This document shows, piece by piece, positions 50,261-59,571 of a DNA stretch of 64,000 bases. This DNA is from an uncultured beta proteobacterium. Lineage in GTDB: Bacteria > Pseudomonadota > Gammaproteobacteria > Burkholderiales > JAEUMW01. Position 1 is the stretch's first letter, and each line of letters begins with the position of its first letter. A program made the position numbers and the translations under genes. The DNA lies in assembly GCA_963719715.1 (NCBI GenBank), contig CAVRDD010000030.1, forward strand, positions 92,140 to 156,139, read 5' to 3'. A model generated the notes under the pieces. That model was not told where the DNA came from. It worked only from the letters and a program-made list of their open reading frames with translations, and searched no databases.

Positions 50261-51736
50261 ATGCGGTTCAACTCGCTCTACGCGAAGCTCGCACTTTCCC
50301 TCGCTGCGCTTTTCGCCGTGCTCGGTGTGCTCTTCTTCGTCATCATGCGCTACTCGCTGGCCGAGTACCGCGATGCCGTCAGCCAGGAACTCAATCGCGA
50401 CGTTGCCACCGAGGTTGCGTCCGAGATCCGCGATGCCGTGAATGACCCGGTGGCGCTCAAGCGGCGCATCGAGTCACTCATGCACTTGAACCCCGGCATC
50501 GAAGTCTACGTCGTCGATATGTCAGGTGCGATCCTGGCGTTCTCCGCCGCACCCGGAAAGGTCGTTCGCAGCACCGTCGATCTCGCGCCCATCCGCGCGT
50601 TCATCGGCGGCAGTCGCTTTCCCATCCGCGGTGACGACCCGCGTGATGCCGCGCGTCGCAAGATCTTCGCTGCGGCGCCAGTGGCCGCCGAGGGCGATGG
50701 TGCGGGATACATCTACGCGATCCTCGGCGGCGAGCTGTACGACGCCGTCGCCGGCCATCGCGAGACGCGTTACATCCTCAATCAGAGTCTTTCGATCATG
50801 CTCGCCGGCCTCGTGCTGGCGCTCGTGGCGGGCTTCACCGTGTTCGCCTTCGTCGCGCGCAAGCTGGAGCGCCTGGCGGCGGCGATGGAGGCTTTCAAGA
50901 ACGGTGCGTTCCGCGAGAAGATCCTGTTCTCGCCGCTGCCGCCCCCGGGACGGGCCGACGAGATCGACAGGGTCGCCGCGACCTACAACGAAATGGTGGA
51001 GCGGATGACGGTGATGATTCGTGAACTGCAACGGCAGGAGTCCGTGCGCCGTGATCTGGTGGCGAACGTTTCGCACGACCTGCGCACGCCAATCGCATCG
51101 CTGCGGGGCTATATCGAGACCCTCATCATCAAGGGCGACAGTCTGTCGGCGGAGGAGCAGCGAACCTATCTCTCGATCGCGACCCAGCAGACCGAGCGAC
51201 TCGCGCAACTGGTGGCCGAGCTCTTCGATCTCGCCAAGTTCGAAGCCAAGGAAGTGACTGTACATGCCGAGGCGTTCCCAATAGCCGAACTGATTCAGGA
51301 CGTGGTGCAGAAGTTTGCGCTGGAGGCCGACCGGCGCCGGGTCGACATCCGTGCCGAAGTGGGCGCAGAGCTCCCGTTCGTCATGGCGGACATCGCGCTT
51401 GTCGAGCGTGTGCTGCAGAACCTGATCGACAACGCGCTGCGCCACACGCCGGCGGGCGGCAGCGTCACCGTCACCACGCTGGCGCGCGAGCGCGACGTGC
51501 TGATCTCCGTGGCCGATACCGGCGTCGGCATTCCGAAAGAACACCTGCCGCACGTCTTCGAGCGGCTTTACCGTGTAGACAAGAGTCGCGACAGTCGCTC
51601 CGGCGGTGCCGGCCTGGGGCTCGCGATCGCCCGTCAGATCGTCGAGCTGCACGGCGGCCGCATTACCGTGGAGAGCGAACAGGGTCGCGGCGCGGTGTTC
51701 GCCTTTTCGCTGCCGCTTGCCGGCGACGTCGGATAA
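50261..51736 (+). CDS. Sensor histidine kinase (2 TM, periplasmic domain, HAMP, HisKA, HATPase_c).
   Basis: The H-box is VSHDLRTPIASLRGY, the N-box is QNLIDNALRHTP and the G-boxes are DTGVGIP and GGAGLGLAI. Confidence 0.9.
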   Translation: MRFNSLYAKLALSLAALFAVLGVLFFVIMRYSLAEYRDAVSQELNRDVATEVASEIRDAVNDPVALKRRIESLMHLNPGIEVYVVDMSGAILAFSAAPGKVVRSTVDLAPIRAFIGGSRFPIRGDDPRDAARRKIFAAAPVAAEGDGAGYIYAILGGELYDAVAGHRETRYILNQSLSIMLAGLVLALVAGFTVFAFVARKLERLAAAMEAFKNGAFREKILFSPLPPPGRADEIDRVAATYNEMVERMTVMIRELQRQESVRRDLVANVSHDLRTPIASLRGYIETLIIKGDSLSAEEQRTYLSIATQQTERLAQLVAELFDLAKFEAKEVTVHAEAFPIAELIQDVVQKFALEADRRRVDIRAEVGAELPFVMADIALVERVLQNLIDNALRHTPAGGSVTVTTLARERDVLISVADTGVGIPKEHLPHVFERLYRVDKSRDSRSGGAGLGLAIARQIVELHGGRITVESEQGRGAVFAFSLPLAGDVG

Positions 51737-51769
51737 CACGGTTGCGGGTCGCGGGGAGGAGGACATCAC

Positions 51770-53344
51770 GTGGCGCTCTACTGGAAAGTCCTGGCGCCGC
51801 TTGCGCTGGTGTGGCTCGTCATCGCGGGCAGTGTGCGATGGTTCTGGGCGCCGCACGCCATCGCGCAGGAGGAGTCGCAGTACCACGAACGTGTCGGGCG
51901 CGCGCTGGAACCGCTGACGCTCGAACTGGCGCCGCTTCTGAAGGACGGGCGCATTGCTGCTTCGGCGCCGTTGCTTGACGAAGCGCTGAGGTCAAACCCG
52001 TCCTGGACCGCGCTCGAACTCAAGGACCGCGCGGGACAGTTCGTCCGCCGCGCGGCTGCCGCGCAGGGTCGCGCTACTTCGGCAGCGGACGAGCGCGCGT
52101 GGGAGCAGCCCGTCATCGACGGTGCGGCGGTGCTCGGCTGGCTCACCGCGCGCGTCGACCTGGGACCGGGTTTGGGGGCCATCCGCGCTGGCGAGCGTGA
52201 GCTGATCCTGCTGCTGCTTGCCGGGTTGGCCGCTGCCCTGGCCGCAACGGCTTTCGCCCTGCGGTTCTTCGTGTCTCGTCCGCTCGCGCGCATCACCGAA
52301 TCGGCCAAACTGCTGGCCGCCGGCGGCCAGGCGAATCTCGACGGCGCCGACCGGGGCGACGATGTGGGGAGACTTGCGGCGACCGTCGGCCGTCTCGGCG
52401 ACGCGCTCGCCGAGCGCCAGCGGACCGTGGAAGACGAGGCGGCGCGCCGCGGTGCGGCCGAGGACCGCATGCACGAGAGCGAGGAGCGCTACACGCTGGC
52501 GGTGCGCGGGGCCGACGACGGGCTCTGGGAATGGGATGTCGGCAGCGACCACGTGTATTACTCACCGCGCTGGAAGTCGCTGCTCGGCTACACCGAGGAT
52601 GAGATTGGCGACAGCCTGGAGGAGTGGCGCGGACGCGTTCACGCGGACGATCTGGAAGCGACGCTCGCCGCGTTGCAGGCCCATCTCGACGGCATCACCC
52701 CGCGCTTCGAGAGCGATCATCGGCTGCGTCACAAGAACGGGCGTTACCGCTGGGTGCTGGCGCGCGGCGCCACCTTGCGCACGTCCGCCGGCAAGCCGTA
52801 CCGGCTGGTGGGACTGAACACCGACATCACCGCACGCAAGCGGTCGGAGGAGGTGCTGGTCTCACTTGCGGAAGGTCTCGCGGCGGCGCGCGGCGACGAG
52901 TTCTTCCGCAGCCTCGTGCGCAACTTTGCGGGTGTGCTGGGCGTTCGCTACGCCTTCATCGCCGAGTGCGCGAACTTTCCGACCACGCGTGTGCGCAAGC
53001 TCGCCTCTTGGAAGAACGATACCTGGGCGGAGGCGAACGAGTTCGATCTGGCGGGTACTCCGTGCCAGGAGACCGTGAACCTCGGGCGGGTATGCGTGTA
53101 CCAGCGCGACGTGGGCGTCATCTATCCGCGTGAGGCCGGCTTCGAGAGTTATCTCGGCATTCCCATTTTCGACAGCGCTGGCCGTGTGATCGGACACCTC
53201 GCCTGCTACAACACCGAGCCGATGCAGGAAGATCTGCCGGTGCAGTCGATATTCGCGCTCTTCGCGGTGCGCGCCGGCGTCGAGATGGAGCGGCGCGCGC
53301 TCGAACAGAAGCTGCAGACTCTGCAGCCGCGCGCGGTCGGCTAA
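51770..53344 (+). CDS. Membrane protein with HAMP, PAS and GAF domains and no recognisable output domain.
   Basis: There is an N-terminal TM segment, a periplasmic region of about 130 aa and a second TM segment. A HAMP region follows (RPLARITESAKLLAAG...). The PAS region reads ERYTLAVRGADDGLWEWDVGSDHVYYSPRWKSLLGY...HRLRHKNGRYRWVLARG. The GAF-like C-terminus reads YLGIPIFDSAGRVIGHLAC. Confidence 0.75.
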   Translation: MALYWKVLAPLALVWLVIAGSVRWFWAPHAIAQEESQYHERVGRALEPLTLELAPLLKDGRIAASAPLLDEALRSNPSWTALELKDRAGQFVRRAAAAQGRATSAADERAWEQPVIDGAAVLGWLTARVDLGPGLGAIRAGERELILLLLAGLAAALAATAFALRFFVSRPLARITESAKLLAAGGQANLDGADRGDDVGRLAATVGRLGDALAERQRTVEDEAARRGAAEDRMHESEERYTLAVRGADDGLWEWDVGSDHVYYSPRWKSLLGYTEDEIGDSLEEWRGRVHADDLEATLAALQAHLDGITPRFESDHRLRHKNGRYRWVLARGATLRTSAGKPYRLVGLNTDITARKRSEEVLVSLAEGLAAARGDEFFRSLVRNFAGVLGVRYAFIAECANFPTTRVRKLASWKNDTWAEANEFDLAGTPCQETVNLGRVCVYQRDVGVIYPREAGFESYLGIPIFDSAGRVIGHLACYNTEPMQEDLPVQSIFALFAVRAGVEMERRALEQKLQTLQPRAVG

Positions 53345-53547
53345 GAACCCTCCGATTTGCCCCTCCGTGCAGGCAATCAGAGGTCCCTAAGGCGCGTGCC
53401 GGTTGATGCCGTGATCGAAATGTGAGACTTGCGTGACCGCGGCGTGACCCTCTACCGACACACTGTTACACTGCGGCTCGGCATTATGCCCGTCGAAAAT
53501 TTCTCGGGTATGGGCCATTTACTGTTAACCACGTTGGAGGATTAACA

Positions 53548-54036
53548 ATGTTTACATCTGATGCCGCGCGCCGAATGCGCGTCGCTGCCACCGCCACCGC
53601 TTTCCTGCTTTGCGCACCGTTTGCCACTGCCGATGACATGGTGTCGTTTGCCACCGGCGGCTATGCGAGCGGTCTCAGGACCGGCGACATGATGAAGAAG
53701 ATCGACACCAACAAGGACGGTATGGTGTCGAAGGACGAGTGGGTCGCATATCAGGAAAAGGTGTTTGTCATGCTGGACAAGGATAAGACCATGGTGATCG
53801 ACGAGAAAGAGTTCATGGCCCCGTCGAGTGAACTGGCGTCCTTTGCCACCGGCGGCTATGCGAGCGGGCTGCAGAGCAAGGAGATGATGCACAAGATCGA
53901 CGCGGATGGCGACGGCAAAGTTTCGCATGACGAATACATCGCCTACCAAGTCACGGTATTCGAGATGATGGATGCCGGCCACAGCGGCATGGTCGGACCC
54001 AAGGAGTTTCTCGGCAAGGGCCTTCCATCGAAGTGA
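53548..54036 (+). CDS. Secreted EF-hand calcium-binding protein, an internal two-fold repeat, Met-rich.
   Basis: A signal peptide ends in ...CAPFATA. The canonical EF loops are DTNKDGMVSKDE and DADGDGKVSHDE. Two weaker loops are DKDKTMVIDEKE and DAGHSGMVGPKE. The repeat SFATGGYASGL occurs twice. A GGAGGA RBS is present. Confidence 0.75.
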   Translation: MFTSDAARRMRVAATATAFLLCAPFATADDMVSFATGGYASGLRTGDMMKKIDTNKDGMVSKDEWVAYQEKVFVMLDKDKTMVIDEKEFMAPSSELASFATGGYASGLQSKEMMHKIDADGDGKVSHDEYIAYQVTVFEMMDAGHSGMVGPKEFLGKGLPSK

Positions 54037-54141
54037 CGCCGCCGTCGCCGCGGTGAAGCGGGCTGGCGCATGAACGTGCGCGGAACCCGCGCCGCGGCGA
54101 ACGGGTCCCAGCCAACAGATCGCCAAACGCAGAGATTCACC

Positions 54142-54642
54142 ATGAAACGCCGCGGTTTTTTGACCGGCGTGGCCGGGTTGTTCGCCGCCGCCGCATTGCC
54201 TGCGGTCGGCAAGGAGAAACCGTCCGTGACGCCCCTGAACAAATCGAAATCCGAGTGGAAGGCCATACTGCCCGCGAATCGCTACGCTGTGCTCTTCGAG
54301 GAAGACACGGAGCGCGCCGGTACGAGCCCGCTCAATGCAGAGAAGCGCGCCGGTACGTTCGTTTGCGCCGCCTGCTTCCTGCCGCTCTTCGACTCCTCGC
54401 AGAAGTACGAGAGCGGCACCGGCTGGCCGAGCTTCTTCGATGCGCGGCCGGAGGCGGTGGGCACGAAGAAGGACTATCGGCTCGTGTGGCCGCGCACGGA
54501 ATACCACTGCGCGCGCTGCGGCGGGCATCAGGGACACGTCTTCGACGATGGCCCGAAGCCGACCGGGCTGCGCTACTGCAACAACGGTCTCGCGCTGGAA
54601 TTCGTGCCGGCGGGGGAGGCCTTGCCGGCGCTGCGGACATGA
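54142..54642 (+). CDS. msrB: Peptide-methionine (R)-S-oxide reductase with a twin-arginine signal peptide.
   Basis: The Tat-type signal is [23 protein letters not shown]. Two zinc-binding CxxC pairs (CAAC, CARC) and the catalytic RYCNNG are present. Confidence 0.9.
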   Translation: MKRRGFLTGVAGLFAAAALPAVGKEKPSVTPLNKSKSEWKAILPANRYAVLFEEDTERAGTSPLNAEKRAGTFVCAACFLPLFDSSQKYESGTGWPSFFDARPEAVGTKKDYRLVWPRTEYHCARCGGHQGHVFDDGPKPTGLRYCNNGLALEFVPAGEALPALRT

Positions 54643-55235
54643 AGCGTTCGCTCGCGTGCCTGGCCGCGGTCGCCGCGCTCCTGTGCTTGCGGACCGCGGC
54701 TGCGGAGGAGAAGGAGGCCACCGCCATCTTTGCCGGCGGATGCTTCTGGTGTGTCGAGGCGGACTTCGAGAAGTTGCCGGGCGTGATCAAGGCGGAGTCC
54801 GGCTATACCGGCGGCAAGGTCCAGAATCCGACCTACGAGCAGGTGAGCGCCGGCGGCACCGGCCACGCGGAAGCCGTGCGCGTGTGGTACGACCCGCAGA
54901 AGGTCACGTACGAGCAGTTGCTGGATTATTTCTGGCACCACGTCGACCCGACGGTGAAGGATCGCCAGTTCTGTGACGTGGGGGCGCAGTACCGTACAGC
55001 GATCTTCTACGAGAACGACGCTCAACGGGCAGCTGCCGAGGCGAGCAAGGCGGCGCTGGAGAAGGGCGGTCGCCTGCCGCGGATCTATACCGAGATCGCA
55101 CCGGCCGGCACGTTCTACCTGGCCGAGGACTATCACCAGGACTACTACAAGAAGAATCCCATCCGCTATCGCTACTACCGGACGGGCTGCGGTCGCGACG
55201 CGCGCGTCGCAGAAGTGTGGGGGACCAAGCCGTAG
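54639..55235 (+). CDS. msrA: Peptide-methionine (S)-S-oxide reductase with a Sec-type signal peptide.
   Basis: The signal is [22 protein letters not shown]. The active site is [11 protein letters not shown], with GHAEAV and YHQDYY also present. The ATG overlaps the msrB stop (ATGA). Confidence 0.9.
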   Translation: MKRSLACLAAVAALLCLRTAAAEEKEATAIFAGGCFWCVEADFEKLPGVIKAESGYTGGKVQNPTYEQVSAGGTGHAEAVRVWYDPQKVTYEQLLDYFWHHVDPTVKDRQFCDVGAQYRTAIFYENDAQRAAAEASKAALEKGGRLPRIYTEIAPAGTFYLAEDYHQDYYKKNPIRYRYYRTGCGRDARVAEVWGTKP

Positions 55236-55915
55236 CGCGCACGGCGGCGCCCGACCCACACGGCGAGCGGCACCCGGCGACCGTCGTTTTCGTCCACGGC
55301 CTGTGGATGCGCGGCCCGACGTTGAGTCTTCAGGCGCGGCGGATCGGGCGCTGCGGACTGCACACCGACTGCGGATTCTCTTACACTTCGGTAAGCGGAA
55401 CGCTCGACCTTCACGCGCGGCGGCTGGCACGCTACGTGGCCGGTGTGGATGCGCCACGCGTGCATCTCGTCGGTCACAGCATGGGTACGCTCGTGATTCT
55501 GAAGATGCTCTCCGAATTCCACGATTCGCGCCTGGGGCGGGCCGTTCTGCTCGGCCCGCCGTTTCATGGCAGCCGCGCGGGTCGCGCAGTGGGCGGGCTC
55601 CGTCCAGGACGCTGGATGCTCGGCCGCAGCTACGCGCTCTGGTCGCAGGAGGAAGCGGTTCCGCCGCCGTGCGACGTCGACGTAGGCGTCATCGCGGGGA
55701 CGATGCCGCTCGGGGTGGGGGCGCTTCTGCGCGTCCTCGAGAGTCCGCATGACGGCATTGTGACGTGCCGGGAAACACTCGTTCCGGGAGCACGTGACCA
55801 CATCCGCTTGCGGGTGAGCCATGCCGGGATGCTGGTTGCGCCCTCGGTGGCGAGACAGATACTCGCGTTCCTCGAGGGCGGACGCTTCCAGCGCCCGGAG
55901 GCGGAGGTGGTTTGA
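55217..55915 (+). CDS. Alpha/beta hydrolase (lipase/PGAP1-like).
   Basis: Motifs are VVFVHGLW, the nucleophile elbow GHSMG, PHDGIV and SHAGML. The start is uncertain. It overlaps the msrA 3' end. Confidence 0.7.
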   Translation: MGDQAVARTAAPDPHGERHPATVVFVHGLWMRGPTLSLQARRIGRCGLHTDCGFSYTSVSGTLDLHARRLARYVAGVDAPRVHLVGHSMGTLVILKMLSEFHDSRLGRAVLLGPPFHGSRAGRAVGGLRPGRWMLGRSYALWSQEEAVPPPCDVDVGVIAGTMPLGVGALLRVLESPHDGIVTCRETLVPGARDHIRLRVSHAGMLVAPSVARQILAFLEGGRFQRPEAEVV

Positions 55916-56976
55916 AGAGTCTGATTGCTGCTGCCGTGTTTGCGGCACTTGCGCTCTCCGGCTGCACCGCCGCGCCTTACTACTGGCAGGCGGCCAGTGG
56001 TCAACTCGAGCTCTGGCAGAAATCCCGCCCGATCGACGACTGGCTTGCCGATCCCGACACGAAGCCCGAGCTCAAGGCGCGGCTTACGCAGGCGCAGGAG
56101 ATCCGGGGCTTCGCGAGCAGCAATCTCGGTCTTCCCGACAACGGTAGCTACCGCAAGTTTGCCGAACTCGCCCGGCCCTACGTCGTCTGGAACGTGTTCG
56201 CTGCCCCGGAGCTTTCGCTGCAGCCGGTGCAATGGTGTTTCCCCGTCGCGGGCTGCGTGAGCTATCGCGGCTATTTCGCGGAGCAGGGCGCCCGCGGATT
56301 CGCCGACGGGTTGCAGGCCGAAGGCTACGACACCTATGTCGGGGGCGTGCCCGCGTACTCCACGCTAGGGTGGTTCGACGATCCGCTGCCGAGCACTGTC
56401 ATCGGCTATCCCGACACCGAGCTCGCGCGGCTGATCTTCCACGAGCTTGCGCACCAAGTCGTCTACGTGAAGGACGACACGACCTTCAACGAGTCATTCG
56501 CCTCGGCCGTCGAGCAGGAAGGCGTCAGTCGCTGGGTCGAGGCGCGCGGCTCGCCCGAGAAGCTCGCGCAGTTTCAGCGTGGGCAGGCACGCAAGCGCGA
56601 GTTTGTCGCGCTCGTCATCGAGTATCGGGGCAAGCTGGCGGCGATCTATGCCTCGGATGCCGGCGACGACGAGAAGCGGGCACTGAAGGCGCAGACATTC
56701 ACGGCGATGCGCGACGATTACGCCGCGCTCAAGCGGAGCTGGGGCATGCCGAGCGGGTACGACGCGTGGATCGCCGGGCCGCTCAACAACGCGCAGATCG
56801 CCTCGGTCGCGAGCTACACCCAGCAGGTGCCGGCTTTCGAGGCGCTGCTTGCGCAGGAGCAGGGTGACCTCAAGCGATTCTATGCGGCGGTGAAGGACCT
56901 CGCGAAGCTGTCAAAGGCCGAGCGGGACGCAAAGTTGGCGGCGCTGGGGGCGGGGACCACATCCGACGCACGGTGA
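55912..56976 (+). CDS. Putative zinc aminopeptidase lipoprotein (COG4324/Aminopep family).
   Basis: The lipobox is AALALSGC. The sequence WCFPVAGCVSYRGYF and the metal motif FHELAHQ are present. The TTG start overlaps the upstream stop. Confidence 0.7.
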   Translation: MKSLIAAAVFAALALSGCTAAPYYWQAASGQLELWQKSRPIDDWLADPDTKPELKARLTQAQEIRGFASSNLGLPDNGSYRKFAELARPYVVWNVFAAPELSLQPVQWCFPVAGCVSYRGYFAEQGARGFADGLQAEGYDTYVGGVPAYSTLGWFDDPLPSTVIGYPDTELARLIFHELAHQVVYVKDDTTFNESFASAVEQEGVSRWVEARGSPEKLAQFQRGQARKREFVALVIEYRGKLAAIYASDAGDDEKRALKAQTFTAMRDDYAALKRSWGMPSGYDAWIAGPLNNAQIASVASYTQQVPAFEALLAQEQGDLKRFYAAVKDLAKLSKAERDAKLAALGAGTTSDAR

Positions 56977-57097
56977 AGCGAAAAGCGAGTCATAGACAGC
57001 ACGGAAGAAACAGGAGAACACGGAGGGAGACGCCTTCAAGCGCTCGATAGTGCATTCACGCACTGAGCGGACTACCTTCCGAAGGTCCGGAAACGGC

Positions 57098-57112
57098 CTA
57101 TTGTGTTGAAAA
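57098..57112. repeat. IS terminal inverted repeat core, left copy.
   Basis: CTATTGTGTTGAAAA is the perfect reverse complement of 58644-58658. Confidence 0.85.
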
Positions 57113-57202
57113 ACCACGTGTTGCTGCGGCGTTGTGGTCGTGGAAGCGGGAGTCTGGTGAACTCGGCGGAACGGAAACGGAAATCGAAGCACTCACCCGC
57201 TG

Positions 57203-58589
57203 TTATGCGGGGACCAGTTCTGGTTTTGGTGCTTTTAGCATCAACCACATTGCCATTCTTCTTAAATTCTGCGCAGTTGCTGCAAGCAAGAACTCATCTT
57301 CGGCACCACTGAAGCCACGCAATCGCAACTTGTCGAGTTTCAGGATGCGCTTGAGATGAGCGAACAGCATTTCGACCTTTTTTCGATCCTTGCGTGACTG
57401 TGCGTAGGCATCGGTTGTGGCGATGGCGCGAGCCACGTCGCGGGCGTCCTCATGGAGGCTGCGGGCGATCTTGCGAATCGGCGTGTTCGGACAGCACTGG
57501 TTCTTCATCGGGCATTTGGCGCAGTCGAACTGGCTTGAGCGATAGACGGTGGTGTCGGCTTTCGTAATATGTGTGCGGGGATTCTTGAAGGGACGCCAAT
57601 TGGAGCGAAGTGCCTTGCCTGCGGGGCAACAGTATTCGTTGGTCTGCGCATTCCACTCAAACTTGCTGGACGAGAATGTTCCATCCTCACGCTCGGTCTT
57701 GTCCCAAACCGGCACATGCGGTTCGATCTGCTTCTCATCGACCAGCCAGCCAAGCATGGCAGCTGAACCGTAGTTGGTGTCGCCGACCAAGCGTTCTGGC
57801 TTCAAGTCAAATTTGTCCTCGACCCGATCAATCATCGTTCGGGTTGCTTCAACCTCGGCTGCTGAATTGACGGCCGACGCTTCGACATCGACGATGATGC
57901 CGGCCTTAAGATCGATCAGATAGTTCGTCGAATAGGCGAAGAAGGCCGGACCGCCGGGAGCACAAGTCCAGGAGGCCGCGGGATCTGTCCGCGAGATGGA
58001 TTTACGCGGCGTACCCGGATCGTTCGTCACCTCCAATGCCGCCAGGTACTCGCGCACCGGTCGAGTTGCTTCGTCCGGGTTGCCCCAGTCAATCGGCTCA
58101 TTCCCCGGCACACCGCTCTGCCGCTGGGCATCGGCCTTGACGATGCTGGCGTCGGTCGCAAAGCCTTCGCCGCGTACCAGTCCTTCGGCCATGCAGCGTT
58201 GGAGGACGCCTCTCGAACAAATGGCGAAAGGCTTCGCTGTCCCGAAAGCGACCGTGCCGGTTCTTGGAGAACGTCGAGTGATTCGGCACCGGATCTTCAA
58301 GGCCCAGCCGGCAGAACCAGCGGTAGGCCAGATTGAGATGGACTTCCTCGCACAGGCGCCGCTCTGACCGAATGCCGAAGCAGTAGCCGACGATTAGCAT
58401 GCGGATCATCAGTTCTGGATCAATCGAGGGTCGCCCCGTGTGGCTGTAGTAGCTCGCCAGATGCTGGCGCAGTTCGCTCAGGTCGAGGAAGTGGTCGATG
58501 CCGCGCAGCAGATGATTCCGAGGGACGTGACTGTCAAGGTTGAAGGAGTAGAACAAGTGCTCCTGAGCCCCTCCTTGCTGCCCCATCAT
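57203..58589 (-). pseudogene. IS1182/IS5-family DDE transposase, with one frame break.
   Basis: The N-terminus reads MMGQQGGAQEHLFYSFNLDSHVPRNHLLRGID...RFRDSEAFRHLFE, followed by VLQRCMAEGLVRGEGFATDASIVKADA... in the next frame. An extra base sits near 58210-58211. The C-terminus ends in AQNLRRMAMWL. Confidence 0.75.
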
Positions 58590-58643
58590 CGTTGCACCCC
58601 GACATCGCGATGCTATATGCATACTGTACCAGGGACCAGCCAG

Positions 58644-58658
58644 CAGCGGGGGCTTTTC
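58644..58658. repeat. IS terminal inverted repeat core, right copy.
   Basis: TTTTCAACACAATAG is the perfect reverse complement of 57098-57112. Confidence 0.85.
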
Positions 58659-58861
58659 AACACAATAGACCCTAAAGGGTCGTTCGGCCCGGCTCAAAGC
58701 GGACGTCGAAGCTCTGCGAGGCAAACCGTTGGTTGATATGCCAGACCATAGCCTCAGCTAGCGTAGGGTGCCGAGTACCCTGCAGCGTAGTAATAGTGGC
58801 GGCACGCCGGCAATACGCTGCGGGGCCGGCGCGCCGATTTCTTCTGCTAGCCTGCGTCCGG

Positions 58862-58930
58862 GCTACGTTCGAATCGCTGAAACGGTTTGCCGGCCTTTCT
58901 CCACCGGCTTGATCTTGAACCAGATGGCAT
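58862..58930 (-). pseudogene. About 70 nt remnant of the 3' end of an RND permease gene.
   Basis: It is similar to the 3' end of RND gene 2 (59586-59654), including a 27-nt identical stretch that encodes ..YAIWFKIKPV. Confidence 0.45.
58904..58930. repeat. 27-nt exact direct repeat, copy 1.
   Basis: CCGGCTTGATCTTGAACCAGATGGCAT is identical to 59628-59654. Confidence 0.9.
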
Positions 58931-59052
58931 TTCACAGCAGACAGTTCGGCCCCGCCCCGTGGCGAGATCAACACTCTCCGCTGGCGCGTGTCGCAAACGC
59001 AGACCTGCGCTACGAGCACGCTAAAAAGCGTGGGCCTCTGACTGCGCCTCTG

Positions 59053-59511
59053 CTAGCTTACAACTTGTTCGGCGACAGCTTCGTCGAGGCCAGCTGCCGC
59101 TTGGGCGGCAAGAGCACGGGCCGCTGCTTGTGAATCTTGAAATTCCTCGAGGGCATAGACTCTGCCCCACCGCAGGGTGAACACGTGGAGACCACGGTTG
59201 ACGTACGAAGCGTCGCCGTTGAGCAGCGTTGCGGTGCCATCCCACTGCGCAAACACGGTGGTATGCCACGGCCAGCCCTTCACCCAGATGTTGTTGACCG
59301 TGATATGGAGAGTGGGCAGGACGCGTCCGAGGCGCTCAAACCAGCGGCGCAGGGCTTCTTTGTCGTGGCGCTCACCACCAAGCGCGTGGGCGCCGGAAAC
59401 GCGGTGATGGACATTCGGCGCGACTGCTTTCACCGCCTCGTCCCAGCGATGGTTGTTGACGTGGTCGAAGGTCTTTCGGATTTCTTTCTTGACAATGTAA
59501 CTGTATAGCAT
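59053..59511 (-). CDS. SnoaL-like/NTF2-fold family protein.
   Basis: The 152 aa ORF contains KEIRKTFDHVNNHRWDEAVKAVAPNVHHRVSG...RWFERL...RGLHVFTLRWGRVYALEEFQD, which fits the NTF2-like pattern. Confidence 0.6.
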   Translation of the reverse strand: MLYSYIVKKEIRKTFDHVNNHRWDEAVKAVAPNVHHRVSGAHALGGERHDKEALRRWFERLGRVLPTLHITVNNIWVKGWPWHTTVFAQWDGTATLLNGDASYVNRGLHVFTLRWGRVYALEEFQDSQAAARALAAQAAAGLDEAVAEQVVS

Positions 59512-59571
59512 TTGATCTCTCCTCCAAACCTATGCAGGGTTGTGTTCACTCAAGGTAATCTCTTCCTTCTG

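Larger units (their letters stand above)
57095..58662 (-). mobile_element. IS1182-family (IS5-like) insertion sequence, about 1.57 kb, with terminal inverted repeats.
   Basis: IRs GGCCTATTGTGTTGAAAAACC (57095-57115) and GGCTTTTCAACACAATAGACCC (58641-58662) bracket a single transposase gene. I found no clear target duplication. Confidence 0.75.

Noticed and set aside
53462-53529. Direct repeat ACTGTTACA / ACTGTTAAC upstream of the EF-hand gene, considered as a possible response-regulator binding site.
   Set aside because: The copies are 59 nt apart, not the roughly 10-11 nt spacing expected for OmpR-family sites. A 9-mer with one mismatch could arise by chance.
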